Source: Trueperaceae bacterium
Lineage (GTDB): Bacteria; Deinococcota; Deinococci; Deinococcales; Trueperaceae
Assembly: GCA_965213925.1 (NCBI GenBank)
Contig: OZ243927.1
Location: 672,001 to 736,000, forward strand
Direction: 5' to 3'
DNA: 64,000 nucleotides
Shown here: positions 42,767-52,565 of the stretch, piece by piece
Layout: each line of letters opens with the position of its first letter
Numbering within the stretch: position 1 is the first letter of the stretch
The notes under the pieces: model-generated
Seen by the model: only the letters and a program-made list of their open reading frames with translations
What the model was told of the DNA's origin: nothing
The model's database searches: none
Translations under genes and position numbers: made by a program

Positions 42767-43176
42767 GCGACTATTACAACAACGATAACACCAGCGGAAA
42801 CTACGGCTCCTACGACTACGGCAATGAGAAGTCCTTTCAGCGCGACCTCAACGAGATGCGCCGCCTAGCCGAACTCTTAGACGAGGCGATCAAAATTCCC
42901 GTTGTCAACTACCGTGTCGGCTTGGACGCACTTCTAGGGCTCGTGCCCGTGATCGGCGACTTTAGCGGCTTCGCGATTTCTAGCTACATCATCTTCAAGG
43001 CGCACAACATGGGCGTGCCGCGCGAGAAGGTCTCGCGAATGGTTTTTAACTCCTTAGTAGACGTGCTCGTCGGCAGCATCCCCTTAGTCGGCGATATTTT
43101 CGACCTCTTCTGGAAGTCGAACAAGCGCAACTTGCGCATCGTCGAGCGGCACTTCGCGTCGTACTCGGCGACCTAA
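42763..43176 (+). CDS. DUF4112 domain protein, paralog 1
   Basis: RVGLDALLGLVPVIGD...GSIPLVGDIFDLFWKSNKRN; ATGA overlap with the NUDIX gene. Confidence 0.85.
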   Translation: MSDYYNNDNTSGNYGSYDYGNEKSFQRDLNEMRRLAELLDEAIKIPVVNYRVGLDALLGLVPVIGDFSGFAISSYIIFKAHNMGVPREKVSRMVFNSLVDVLVGSIPLVGDIFDLFWKSNKRNLRIVERHFASYSAT

Positions 43177-43190
43177 CTCGGGGACGCAAC

Positions 43191-43221
43191 GTAGGAGCAG
43201 CGGCGGAGCTGCTCCTTTTTT
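43191..43221 (+). terminator. GTAG-started hairpin with U-tract
   Basis: GTAGGAGCAGC-GGCGGA-GCTGCTCC-TTTTTT. Confidence 0.6.
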
Positions 43222-43270
43222 ACACGCTTTCTACACATGACGTTATCTCACAACGAAACCGTGATGACCT

Positions 43271-43810
43271 ATGCCTAGAAACATGCCTAAAAACACGCGC
43301 AAAAATACAACCGTAGATTCAGCTAAGAAGAGAGAGAAGCTCGAGACCTTAAAACAGCTCCGCAGCTTAACGCACACGCTGGATAACGCCTTTGAAATTC
43401 CGGGCACCGGCTACCGCGTGGGTTGGGACGCGATTGTCGGGCTCATTCCCGGTGTCGGCGACGCGATTATGCTCGTGCCGTCGGGTTATATCGTCTACCA
43501 AGCGTATCGCCTCGGCGCGCCGAGAAGCACGCTGGTACGGATGGTTTTTAACTTGGGTCTGGAAACGCTCGTAGGGAGCGTTCCCCTCATCGGCGACCTC
43601 TTCGACGCGACGTGGAAATCCAACATGAGGAACCTCTACCTCTTGGAACAGCACCTGGGACCGTCCGATGAGGTGATGTTCAAGAAGCCCTCGAGTAAAG
43701 GTCCGGTTCTCCTCTTGCTAGGCGCATTGGCGGTTTTAGGTGGCGGCATCGTACTCGTCGTTTGGCTTTTAGTGTGGCTTTTTCAGCGGATCAACTTTCC
43801 CTCAGCGTAA
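43271..43810 (+). CDS. DUF4112 domain protein, paralog 2
   Basis: RVGWDAIVGLIPGVGD...GSVPLIGDLFDATWKSNMRN. Confidence 0.85.
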   Translation: MPRNMPKNTRKNTTVDSAKKREKLETLKQLRSLTHTLDNAFEIPGTGYRVGWDAIVGLIPGVGDAIMLVPSGYIVYQAYRLGAPRSTLVRMVFNLGLETLVGSVPLIGDLFDATWKSNMRNLYLLEQHLGPSDEVMFKKPSSKGPVLLLLGALAVLGGGIVLVVWLLVWLFQRINFPSA

Positions 43811-43811
43811 A

Positions 43812-44459
43812 CTAGTCGCTCGCCACCCAACCCTGCGCCCATATTCCTCGGTTTTGCTGCCGCGCTAGGCGCGCCGCTTCGGTATAGAACTCGGCGTATT
43901 TGACGTTTGGCGGAACCGTCAAGGGGTCCGCCCAGCCCGCCTCGACTAGTTCTAGGTTGACCTGTTCGAAGTTCTCGTTCTCAAAGGTCCAGTCGCCGCC
44001 CGGCTCTAAGGTATACACATAGGCCAACAACCTCCCGTAGCGGTCCCTCTCTTCGGCGTCAAGCTCGAGGTAAACGTCTTGCCCTTCCATCAAATCCTTC
44101 GCATACGCCGTCGCCTCCTTGCCGAGCGAGCGCATCTCTTCACGGTTCAAGGGCGACGCTTCTACGTCGCGGTCGAGTTTAGAACTCGCAAAGGTCTCGG
44201 GCGTGTCGATGCCCGTAAGTCGCACCTTCTCCTCGCGCCCGCCAAGCATCACCGCGATGGTGTCACCGTCAGACACGCGCGTTACTTCCGCCGGACCCTG
44301 TAAGCCTGTGACACTCGGACCGCCACCTAAAAACTCGTCGAAGAGGTCGGCGATTTCACCCAGAAGGGGTACGTCGTCACCAAAAAGCCCCGCTAGGACG
44401 AAAACGACGACGGCGAGCAGGAGAACGGCGGGTGACTTTTTTGCCGTATCTCTATTCAT
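43812..44459 (-). CDS. Thermonuclease (SNase) family protein, membrane-anchored
   Basis: VSDGDTI, VRLTGIDTPE, RDRYGRLLAYV. Confidence 0.92.
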   Translation of the reverse strand: MNRDTAKKSPAVLLLAVVVFVLAGLFGDDVPLLGEIADLFDEFLGGGPSVTGLQGPAEVTRVSDGDTIAVMLGGREEKVRLTGIDTPETFASSKLDRDVEASPLNREEMRSLGKEATAYAKDLMEGQDVYLELDAEERDRYGRLLAYVYTLEPGGDWTFENENFEQVNLELVEAGWADPLTVPPNVKYAEFYTEAARLARQQNRGIWAQGWVASD

Positions 44460-44532
44460 GGTGAGAAGAGGATACCTCGAGCCCCGCCAGCTTACTTGGT
44501 TTAAGAGGTCACGACGAGTTCAACCCACCGCT

Positions 44533-45078
44533 TTATGCCCACCACTGAACAGGCTCGTCACCAAAAGACAAAGGTGCAACCTCCTGACCCTCTGAGTATG
44601 TCGCTAAAGAGGTGTAGCGCTCGTTCTGCGGGTTCCTGTAAACCTCTAACTGACTGTCTACAAGGTTGTGAATCCACACTTCTAAAATCCCTGCTCTTGC
44701 GTAAATTGGGAGTTTCTTGGCGCGGTCGTACTCTAAGGTGCTTTTGGAAACTTCGATGAGGAGCAAGACATCTTCCCCTATCGGTAAGCGAGACTGGTAT
44801 TGCTCTTTCGGCGGCTTGAGCAGCACAATGTCGGGTTCAGGTTCGCCATCAGGGGGTAGATGAAGAGGGCTTTGTGCCGCAAGTACTGCACGTCCACTGA
44901 ACCTAAGAACTAACTGCTCAATAAACTGCATGACTGAAAGGCTATGCTCTGGTCCAATGGGTGCCATGGGAAAGACCTCGCCATCAAGAAGTTCCACCCG
45001 TCTATCGTCCCAAACACCAGTACGCGCTGTTTGCTCATACTCTTCAATGCTAAAGCGGTAGGGTTTCGGTTGAATCAT
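44533..45078 (-). CDS. Uma2 family endonuclease, copy A
   Basis: RVELLDGE, EPEPDIVLL, LLIEVSKSTLEYDR..KLPIYA; TATAAT-N6-ATG. Confidence 0.92.
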   Translation of the reverse strand: MIQPKPYRFSIEEYEQTARTGVWDDRRVELLDGEVFPMAPIGPEHSLSVMQFIEQLVLRFSGRAVLAAQSPLHLPPDGEPEPDIVLLKPPKEQYQSRLPIGEDVLLLIEVSKSTLEYDRAKKLPIYARAGILEVWIHNLVDSQLEVYRNPQNERYTSLATYSEGQEVAPLSFGDEPVQWWA

Positions 45079-45130
45079 AGTGAGATTATAGCAAAGGCAC
45101 ACTTAAATACACCTGCCCCAATATGCTTAC

Positions 45131-45676
45131 TTACGTCCACCACTGAACAAGCTCATCACTAAACGACGAGGGCGCAACCTCTTGACCCTCTTCGTACGTT
45201 GATAAAGAGGTGTAGCGCTCGTTCTGCGGGTTCTTGTAAACCTCTAACTGATTATCCACAAGGTTGTGAATCCACACTTCGGGAATTTCTGCTCTCGCGT
45301 AAATCGGGAGTTTTTTTGTGCGGTCATACTCGAGGGTGCTTTTGGAGACTTCAACGAGCAGGAGGACATCTTCTCCTGTCGGCAAACGAGACTGGTACTG
45401 CTCCCTAGGTAGCTCGAGCAGAACAACATCGGGTTCCGGTTCACCGTCCGGCGGCAGATGGAGCGAGCTTTGCGAGACAACCATCGCACGTTTGCCAAAC
45501 TGAAGAACGAATCGCTCGACAAAGCGTGCAACTGAAAAATTGTGTTCTGGACCCATCGGAGTCATCGTATAGATTTCGCCATCAAGAAGCTCGACCCTTT
45601 CGCCTTCACGCCACAGGCATTTCGCCAAGCCTTCGTATTCTTCGATGCTAAAGCGGTAGGGTTTAGGCTGAATCAT
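45131..45676 (-). CDS. Uma2 family endonuclease, copy B
   Basis: Close tandem paralog of copy A; TATAAT-N6-ATG. Confidence 0.92.
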   Translation of the reverse strand: MIQPKPYRFSIEEYEGLAKCLWREGERVELLDGEIYTMTPMGPEHNFSVARFVERFVLQFGKRAMVVSQSSLHLPPDGEPEPDVVLLELPREQYQSRLPTGEDVLLLVEVSKSTLEYDRTKKLPIYARAEIPEVWIHNLVDNQLEVYKNPQNERYTSLSTYEEGQEVAPSSFSDELVQWWT

Positions 45677-45687
45677 TCTGTAATTAT

Positions 45688-45751
45688 AGCAATGAGCAAT
45701 GAGCAACGAGTCTAAATTTCACTCGTTGCTCATTGCTTTCAACTCATTGCT
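45688..45751. repeat. AGCAATG heptamer inverted tandem repeat, copy 2
   Basis: (AGCAATG)2 AGCAACG AGT-CTAAATTTC-ACT CGTTGCT CATTGCT TTCAACT CATTGCT. Confidence 0.85.
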
Positions 45752-45756
45752 AATTC

Positions 45757-47031
45757 CTACATATTCTCAATCAGCGCGTCCCCAAACTCGCTTGTCTTGA
45801 GCAGTTCTGCCCCTTCCATCTGCCGCTCGAAGTCATAGGTCACGCGCTTTTGCTCAATCGTCTTACCCATCGCTTCAATAATGAGCGCGGCGGCTTCGTC
45901 CCAACCGAGATGCCGAAACATCATCTCGCCTGAGAGGATGAGAGACGACGGGTTGACCTTGTCTTGGTCGGCGTACTTAGGCGCGGTGCCGTGCGTCGCT
46001 TCGAACACCGCGTGACCCGAGTCGTAGTTGATGTTCGCGCCCGGCGCGATGCCGATGCCGCCGACTTGCGCCGCGAGCGCGTCCGAGATGTAGTCGCCGT
46101 TCAAGTTCAAGGTCGCGATGCAGTTGTACTCGGCGGGGCGCAGGATGATCTGCTGGAGCATGGCGTCGGCGATCACATCTTTTACCGTGATTTCGGTGCC
46201 TGTATTCGGATTGTCGAAGGTGAGCCAGGGTCCGCCGTCGAGTTCGGTTGCGCCGAACTCCTCTTTCGCCACCGCGTAGCCCCAATCGCGGAAGGCACCC
46301 TCGGTGAACTTCATGATGTTGCCTTTATGGACGAGCGTGACCGTGGGCAGGTCGTTGTCGATGGCGTAGTTGATCGCGCCGCGCACCAAACGCGCCGTGC
46401 CCTCCTTCGAGACGGGTTTGAGGCCAATGCCCGAGGAGTCTGGAAAGCGAATCTTCCCGTACGACTCGGAGAAGTTCTCCTCTAAGAGGTTGAGAAACTT
46501 TTTCGCCTCATCCGAGCCCTCTTTGTACTCGATGCCCGCGTAAATATCTTCAGTGTTCTCGCGGAAAATCGTCATGTTGACCTCTTCGGGCTTTTTCATC
46601 GGGCTGGGCACGCCGTCGAAGTACTGTACGGGGCGCACGCAGGCGTAGAGGTCTAGGCGCTGGCGAATCGCCACGTTGATCGAGCGGATGCCGCCGCCGA
46701 CGGGCGTGGTGAGAGGTCCTTTGATGGCGACGAGATACTCTTTGAGGACATCCACCGTCTCTTCGGGCAGCCATAAGGTCTCGCCGTACACGTCGTTCGC
46801 TTTGTCGCCCGCATAGACCTCCATCCAGGCGATTTCGCGCTCGCCGCCATACGCTTTTTCTACCGCGGCGTCGAAGACGCGCTTCGAGGCTCGCCAGATG
46901 TCGGGACCGGTGCCGTCCCCTTCGATAAAGGCGACGATCGGTTTGTTGCTGACCTGCAGTTCGCCATTTTTGAGTGTAATCTTATCGCCCTCGGGAACGT
47001 CGACTTTTTGATAGCTCGTGCTGGTTGTCAT
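45757..47031 (-). CDS. icd: NADP-dependent isocitrate dehydrogenase
   Basis: [46 protein letters not shown]. Confidence 0.98.
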   Translation of the reverse strand: MTTSTSYQKVDVPEGDKITLKNGELQVSNKPIVAFIEGDGTGPDIWRASKRVFDAAVEKAYGGEREIAWMEVYAGDKANDVYGETLWLPEETVDVLKEYLVAIKGPLTTPVGGGIRSINVAIRQRLDLYACVRPVQYFDGVPSPMKKPEEVNMTIFRENTEDIYAGIEYKEGSDEAKKFLNLLEENFSESYGKIRFPDSSGIGLKPVSKEGTARLVRGAINYAIDNDLPTVTLVHKGNIMKFTEGAFRDWGYAVAKEEFGATELDGGPWLTFDNPNTGTEITVKDVIADAMLQQIILRPAEYNCIATLNLNGDYISDALAAQVGGIGIAPGANINYDSGHAVFEATHGTAPKYADQDKVNPSSLILSGEMMFRHLGWDEAAALIIEAMGKTIEQKRVTYDFERQMEGAELLKTSEFGDALIENM

Positions 47032-47119
47032 GATAGTTCTCCTTAATCTCTAGTATGAAAAATTTACGTGACGCAGCTTTGAGTCTAGCATGACTCTTCG
47101 GGACTGCTAAAGTGAGGCT

Positions 47120-48358
47120 GTGAACCAAAACTACAAAAGCCAAATTAGTGTAGATGAAGCGCTAGATAGTCTAAGAGCGAACGCTGAGCCGTTAGAGAGC
47201 GAAGAGGTTGACCTCTTGAACGCACTTGGAAGAACGCTCGCTGAGGACCTAACAAGCAAAGTGGACCACCCGAGCTGCGATAACTCTGCTCTGGACGGCT
47301 ACGCCTGCCGCGAAGAAGATACGCTAGACGCCGCTAAGCACAGTCCGGTCAAGCTCAGTCTTGTCGGAGATATTCCAGCAGGTAGCACCTTTTCGGGAGA
47401 GGTCGGCGCGGGCGAAGCGGTAGGCATCTATACGGGCGCACCCGTGCCGAGCGGAGCGAACGCGATTATCGGGGTGGAGTATACGGAGCAACGTTCGGGG
47501 CAAAGAGGTGAAGAGGTCTGGCTCAAGAAGCCAGCGAGTAAAGGAGATATCCGCCCGAGAGCGCAAGACTTGAAAAAAGGTCAGGTCTACTTGCAGAAAG
47601 GAACGCGCCTGACGCCTTCCTCAGTCGGCATCGCGGCTTCGATGGGCTATCCGACATTCAAGGTCACGAGAAAACCTAGAGTCGGCATCCTAGCGACAGG
47701 CGATGAGGTCATCGATCCTGGCGAGCCGATCCGGGACGGGCAGGTCTACAACTCGAACGCTTACTCGGTAGCGAGCCTTATAGAACAAGTGGGCAGCGTT
47801 CCTGTACTCCTACCGAAAGTCGAAGATAACCCTGAAAAACTCAAGGGCGCGTTGGAGGCTCTAGGCGGCGTAGACCTCTTGATTACCTCGGGCGGCGTCT
47901 CGATGGGCAAGTATGACTTCGTGCGCGACTTGCTCTTTGACGAGGGCACGGTGCACTTCTGGAAAGTTGCGATGAAACCGGGCGGGCCGGCGATGTTCGG
48001 CGAGTGGCGCGGCTTGCCGGTCTTTGGGCTGCCTGGAAATCCGGTCTCGAGCATGGTCGTCTTTTCCTTACTCACGAAGGTGTGGCTCGACACGGCGCTC
48101 GGCTCCACCGAACCGCCACTTTTTCACAAACGCATCACCGCCACTGCCGCCACACCCTTCAAGGGAACAAACCGCAAAGTCACCCTCAACCGCGCCGCGC
48201 TGAGTTTTGAACCCCAAAGAGGCTATCTCGCGCACAGCACGGGGAGCCAGAGTTCGGGCGTGCTGACCTCGATGTTGAATGCAGATGTGCTCGTCGTAGT
48301 GCCGCCTGATAGAAGGGTTGAGGAGGGGGATAGGCTCGAGGTCATCCCCCTACCTTGA
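47120..48358 (+). CDS. moeA: Molybdopterin molybdenumtransferase
   Basis: NSALDGYA, IYTGAPVP, TSGGVSMGKYD, KPG, LPGNPVS. Confidence 0.95.
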   Translation: MNQNYKSQISVDEALDSLRANAEPLESEEVDLLNALGRTLAEDLTSKVDHPSCDNSALDGYACREEDTLDAAKHSPVKLSLVGDIPAGSTFSGEVGAGEAVGIYTGAPVPSGANAIIGVEYTEQRSGQRGEEVWLKKPASKGDIRPRAQDLKKGQVYLQKGTRLTPSSVGIAASMGYPTFKVTRKPRVGILATGDEVIDPGEPIRDGQVYNSNAYSVASLIEQVGSVPVLLPKVEDNPEKLKGALEALGGVDLLITSGGVSMGKYDFVRDLLFDEGTVHFWKVAMKPGGPAMFGEWRGLPVFGLPGNPVSSMVVFSLLTKVWLDTALGSTEPPLFHKRITATAATPFKGTNRKVTLNRAALSFEPQRGYLAHSTGSQSSGVLTSMLNADVLVVVPPDRRVEEGDRLEVIPLP

Positions 48359-48988
48359 TTCTGGGTTCTCCCAGACGATGAGCGTCGCCCAGTTGTCAGA
48401 GGCCTCATCCTCCAAATACCCCTCCAAGAGCCCCTTGACCTCGAAGCCATTTTTAAGCTGAAACGTGAGCGTCGGGTCGGTAAGCTCACCTGCGACAACC
48501 TTTTCGACGTATTCAGGCACGCTCAGCTCGCCTTTATGCGCCGCGTAACCAGGCAGCACGCCGCCCGCAACGATGCCTTTAAGCCCTCTTTCTACGACCA
48601 GATTCTTCCGCGCTTCGTAGAGCATCTTGCCGATACCGTGACCCCTATAGTTCGGGTGAACGCTGATGTCGCCGCCGTAATACCAGTCGCCCTTCGGGTC
48701 GTGATGCGTGTAGTAGCCGCCCGCGATGATCTCCTGAAAGGTGTGATTAGGGGTGTCAAAGTCAAAGTCGATGAGAAAACCTGAGCCTAAACCGACCACG
48801 CACTCGCCCTCCGAGGTATCTAACGCGATAATATCGCCCTCGGGGAAAATGCGGCAGTGGCTCAAAAAATGCTCTTTTGTCATCAGTTCGTGGCGCGCTA
48901 GCGTGGGGAAGCACTCGAGCTGAAGTTGCTCTAACGCTTCGGCGTATTCGGGTTGAATCGTCGTGAGGCGAATTGTCGGTTGATTCAT
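48350..48988 (-). CDS. GNAT family N-acetyltransferase
   Basis: SVHPNYRGHGIGKMLYEARK, DPTLTFQLKNGF. Confidence 0.85.
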   Translation of the reverse strand: MNQPTIRLTTIQPEYAEALEQLQLECFPTLARHELMTKEHFLSHCRIFPEGDIIALDTSEGECVVGLGSGFLIDFDFDTPNHTFQEIIAGGYYTHHDPKGDWYYGGDISVHPNYRGHGIGKMLYEARKNLVVERGLKGIVAGGVLPGYAAHKGELSVPEYVEKVVAGELTDPTLTFQLKNGFEVKGLLEGYLEDEASDNWATLIVWENPESR

Positions 48989-49073
48989 TCAGAATACCTA
49001 AGCTACCCAATACTTTTGCTTCCTACTTCTCGCTTCTTGCTCTTCCAATCGGCTGCTTACACATCCGCACTCA

Positions 49074-50213
49074 CTAACTCAGCAGCGTCGCATTCTCGTT
49101 CTGCCAGGAGACGCGCACCTTGTCGCCCTCTTTGAGCATCGAGCCGAAGCCGTGATGCAGGTTTTGCACGCGCACGGACAAGTCCACGTCGCTGCCGGAA
49201 ACGACGCGGTAGCGCGTGTCGGTACCGATGTAGAGGGCTTCGGCGATTTCAGCCTCGAGCATCGTCATGTTGTCTGCCGTGCTAGCCGTTCTTTCACCAG
49301 GCGCTGAACCGTTGAGAGACTCTAAAGCAATCTTCTCAGGGCGCACCGCTACGCTGACGCGCTCGCCCACCTCCGCGTCCAGCGCGTGACCTTTGAGCCG
49401 CCCCTCTAAGCGCCGCCCGTCGGACAGCTCGAGCACGCCCGAGTCGCCGTTTTTCTGTTGCAGTTTGCCCTCGATAAAGTTCGTCTCGCCGATGAAGTCC
49501 GCGACGAAGCGGTCGGCGGGGGCTTCGTAAATCTCGTCGGCACGCCCCACTTGCAGCACGCGCCCCCCCTTCATCACCGCGATGCGGTCCGCCATCGTCA
49601 TCGCCTCCTCTTGGTCGTGCGTGACGAACACGAAGGTAACGCCCACCTCGCGCTGCATAGTTTTAAGCTCCAACTGCATCTGTTGGCGGAGTTTGAGGTC
49701 GAGTGCGCCTAGTGGTTCATCCAAAAGGAGTACAGCAGGCTTGTTGACGAGCGCCCGCGCCAACGCGACGCGCTGCTGCTGCCCGCCAGAGAGTTGACTG
49801 GGTTTGCGGCTCGCGGTATGAGGGAGCTGGACCAACTCCAAAACCTCCATCGCCCGCTCTTTCGCGTCTTTTTTGGCGACTTTTGCCATGCGCAAGCCGA
49901 ACATCACGTTGTCTAAGACGCTCATGTGTGGGAAAAGTGCGTAGTCCTGAAATACGGTGTTAACGGGGCGGTGAAAAGGCGGAATCCCCTGCACCGCCTC
50001 GCCGCGAATCAAGACCTCGCCCGAGGTCGGTTGCTCAAAGCCTGCAATGGTGCGCAGCGTCGTCGTTTTACCGCAGCCCGAGGGTCCTAACAGGGCGAAA
50101 AACTCGCCGTCGGCAATTTGCAGCGAGACCTCATCGACCGCAGTGACTGACCCCTGCTGCGGGTCGCGGAAGGTTTTAGTGACCTCGATCAGTTCAACGG
50201 AGGGCGTAGACAT
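49074..50213 (-). CDS. potA: Polyamine ABC transporter ATP-binding protein (PotA-like)
   Basis: GPSGCGKTT, VNTVFQDYALFPH, LSGGQQQR, LLDEPLGALD; TATGCT-N5-ATG at 50213. Confidence 0.85.
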   Translation of the reverse strand: MSTPSVELIEVTKTFRDPQQGSVTAVDEVSLQIADGEFFALLGPSGCGKTTTLRTIAGFEQPTSGEVLIRGEAVQGIPPFHRPVNTVFQDYALFPHMSVLDNVMFGLRMAKVAKKDAKERAMEVLELVQLPHTASRKPSQLSGGQQQRVALARALVNKPAVLLLDEPLGALDLKLRQQMQLELKTMQREVGVTFVFVTHDQEEAMTMADRIAVMKGGRVLQVGRADEIYEAPADRFVADFIGETNFIEGKLQQKNGDSGVLELSDGRRLEGRLKGHALDAEVGERVSVAVRPEKIALESLNGSAPGERTASTADNMTMLEAEIAEALYIGTDTRYRVVSGSDVDLSVRVQNLHHGFGSMLKEGDKVRVSWQNENATLLS

Positions 50214-50450
50214 AGCTGAGCATACCAATAGTAAGCGCGTGAGGAGTCGACGCACTAGGAGCCTGCGGCGAGCATTCCTTAGAATTCTTCGGCGCACCCG
50301 CGACGGCTCGCAACCAATTGTAGGTGGCTGCTACAGCTTAAAAAACTGCTGATGCACTTCGCTAATTTGATAGACGAACAGTAGGATTACGCTTCATTTT
50401 CAACCTGTCCGACTGACGGCGCAGGGACAATGCCCGCGTTATACTGCGTG

Positions 50451-51179
50451 ATGCGTATTCTTGTTTCCAACGACGACGGCATCTATAGCCCCGGCATCCG
50501 CGCCCTCGCTGAGGTCGCCGCTGACTTCGGTGAGGTGCGTATCGTCGCGCCCGCCGCCGAGCAGTCAGGGGTGGGTCACGCCATTACCATCTTGCGTCCG
50601 CTGCACTACCAAACCACGCCCATCGGTCCGTTCGAAGGCTACCGCATTGACGGCACGCCTGCAGACTGCGTGGCGCTAGGCGCGTATCAGTGGGACGCGG
50701 TGGATTTGGTGCTTTCGGGCATCAATCTCGGCACGAATTTGGGTAACGGCATCTGGCATTCGGGTACGGTAGCCGCCGCCAAGCAAGCGGCTTTTTTGAA
50801 CATCCCGTCGGTCGCGTTTAGCGCCCCTTTTGACGGCGCGACGCCTGACTACGATACGCTCAAACCTTACGTGGCGGAGGTCTTAGAGCTATTTCTCGCC
50901 GACGCCTCGCTCAGCCTCGTCAACGTCAACTTACCCGCCTCACCACGCGGCTTGCGCTGGACGCGCCAATCGGTGCGGCACTACGAGGGCGATGTGGTGC
51001 CCGGCGAAGACCCGATGGGGCGCAGTCACTTCTGGTTCGCCGCTAAGCCGCTTACGGGAGCCGAAGAGGGAACGGACCGCTGGGCGTTCGAGCAGGGCTT
51101 CGTGTCGCTTACACCTCTACGCTTAAACCTTACCGACGAAGAGCAGTTAGCCGCGCGAAAGGCGTCGCTCACCGCGTAG
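50451..51179 (+). CDS. surE: 5'/3'-nucleotidase SurE
   Basis: [31 protein letters not shown]. Confidence 0.95.
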   Translation: MRILVSNDDGIYSPGIRALAEVAADFGEVRIVAPAAEQSGVGHAITILRPLHYQTTPIGPFEGYRIDGTPADCVALGAYQWDAVDLVLSGINLGTNLGNGIWHSGTVAAAKQAAFLNIPSVAFSAPFDGATPDYDTLKPYVAEVLELFLADASLSLVNVNLPASPRGLRWTRQSVRHYEGDVVPGEDPMGRSHFWFAAKPLTGAEEGTDRWAFEQGFVSLTPLRLNLTDEEQLAARKASLTA

Positions 51180-51343
51180 ACGGCTACGTAGACCTCTGTG
51201 CGAAGAGGTCACAGGACCGTCGCCCGTTCGCGCTCATACAAGAGAAGACCCCGGTCATGCCGGGGTTCTAAGCGGCGATGCCACCCAGCAAAGCCTTGCT
51301 AAGAGTGTAGCAAAGAGGAATAGTTCACACAGCGCGGCGGAAG

Positions 51344-51361
51344 CCTGTGTCATGACACAGG
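51344..51361. promoter_or_regulatory. 18-bp perfect palindrome, candidate operator
   Basis: CCTGTGTCATGACACAGG. Confidence 0.5.
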
Positions 51362-51444
51362 GTCAAGATGCTGTGTACGAACGCTCGAGAAATACTCCAT
51401 AATTTCCAACTGTACTGGATGATTCCAACAATCTGTCAATCTCG

Positions 51445-51687
51445 CTACTCCTGAAGTTCCGCCTCCTCCAATAGCTCTTCCGCTCTCTCCAGAAGCGCCT
51501 CCACCTCCTGCACCTTCTCGACCGCTTCGGTAGACGCGCCTTCTAACGCTTTCAGTTGCGAGGTGCGAAGCTGGACGTGCGCGATAAGGCTCTGCATCCT
51601 TTTGACTTCGTGGTCGAACTCCTCTTGCGTGGCTTTCCCGGTTTCTGTTTGCTCAGGCGTGTCTGACGCAGGTGACTTAGTCATCAT
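51445..51687 (-). CDS. Small acidic coiled-coil hypothetical protein
   Basis: About 80 aa; TATCCT -10 directly upstream. Confidence 0.55.
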   Translation of the reverse strand: MMTKSPASDTPEQTETGKATQEEFDHEVKRMQSLIAHVQLRTSQLKALEGASTEAVEKVQEVEALLERAEELLEEAELQE

Positions 51688-51731
51688 CAAAGGATAGGAG
51701 ACGAGCGAACGTCCTCTTTGTAGTGGAGACT

Positions 51732-51834
51732 AAAAAGACCCCCGCTCATTGAAGGGCCGGGGGAGAGAGGAGAGGCAGGGCGTAGATGAGGGTGCACGGT
51801 GCTATTTAGGTCGGTTCACGACGTTGCCCTGCCT
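51732..51834 (-). ncRNA. Candidate sRNA (about 103 nt)
   Basis: -10 TAAAGT, 5' hairpin AGGCAGGGC/GCCCTGCCT, unpaired CTCCTCTCT, terminator CCCCCG..CGGGGG-TCTTTTT. Confidence 0.65.
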
Positions 51835-51875
51835 GAACGCACTTTAGAGCAACCCTTCTGACAGGATTCTTACAG

Positions 51876-52316
51876 TCAGCGAACGTTCACCGTACGCTCT
51901 ACCGTAATTACTCCTCCCTCAGGTTCGCTTCGCCCGCGAATAATAACAGTCGCCGTCCCTGTCCGCTCGAAACGCACTGACCCTACATGCTCATGAAACA
52001 ATATTATTGTGTTACAGGTAGTTCGTACACCTGTCTCCTCGTAATCGTAAGGTGTAATTGTAGCCTCCAAATTATTCGTATCTACGTTGGTTTCTCCTTT
52101 TTCTGTACATCCACCCCCATAGGTCGTCACGCTCACCTGGAACTCCTGACCTCGTTCTACCTCCTTAGGAACTTGCACCTGCACTGGCTCACCAGAAAGT
52201 TCAATGAGCCCAATGCTCCGGCTCCGGCCCTTAAACAAGCTACAAGCACTGAGCAAAATGAGAAGGATGCCTAATACGATTACTAACTTAGTAGAAACTA
52301 TAGCTTTAGACCTCAT
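51876..52316 (-). CDS. Hypothetical lipoprotein with beta-rich domain
   Basis: LLILLSA-C lipobox; two further Cys; AAGGAG RBS. Confidence 0.75.
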   Translation of the reverse strand: MRSKAIVSTKLVIVLGILLILLSACSLFKGRSRSIGLIELSGEPVQVQVPKEVERGQEFQVSVTTYGGGCTEKGETNVDTNNLEATITPYDYEETGVRTTCNTIILFHEHVGSVRFERTGTATVIIRGRSEPEGGVITVERTVNVR

Positions 52317-52565
52317 CTTTTTTCTCCTTCACTTACGCGAATGACCTCAGAACTGAGTTTCATGATTTGAGTTCTAAAAGCCTTATCGAGGATATCGTCC
52401 TACTGATTCATTCGAGATAACAATAAGTAGTAATGAGCTTGTGCTCTACCCTCCTTTATACTCGCGGCAGACCACTGCACTGGGTACCTGCTTATCAGTA
52501 ACTCAATTCGATGCTCCACCAGGTTAGGTAGCCTATTCCTTGGCAGCCTGCAGAGGAAGCCATCG

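Noticed and set aside
44533..45676. Uma2 pair as a DGR template/variable repeat
   Set aside because: No reverse transcriptase is present, both copies are full ORFs, and the differences are not adenine-specific.
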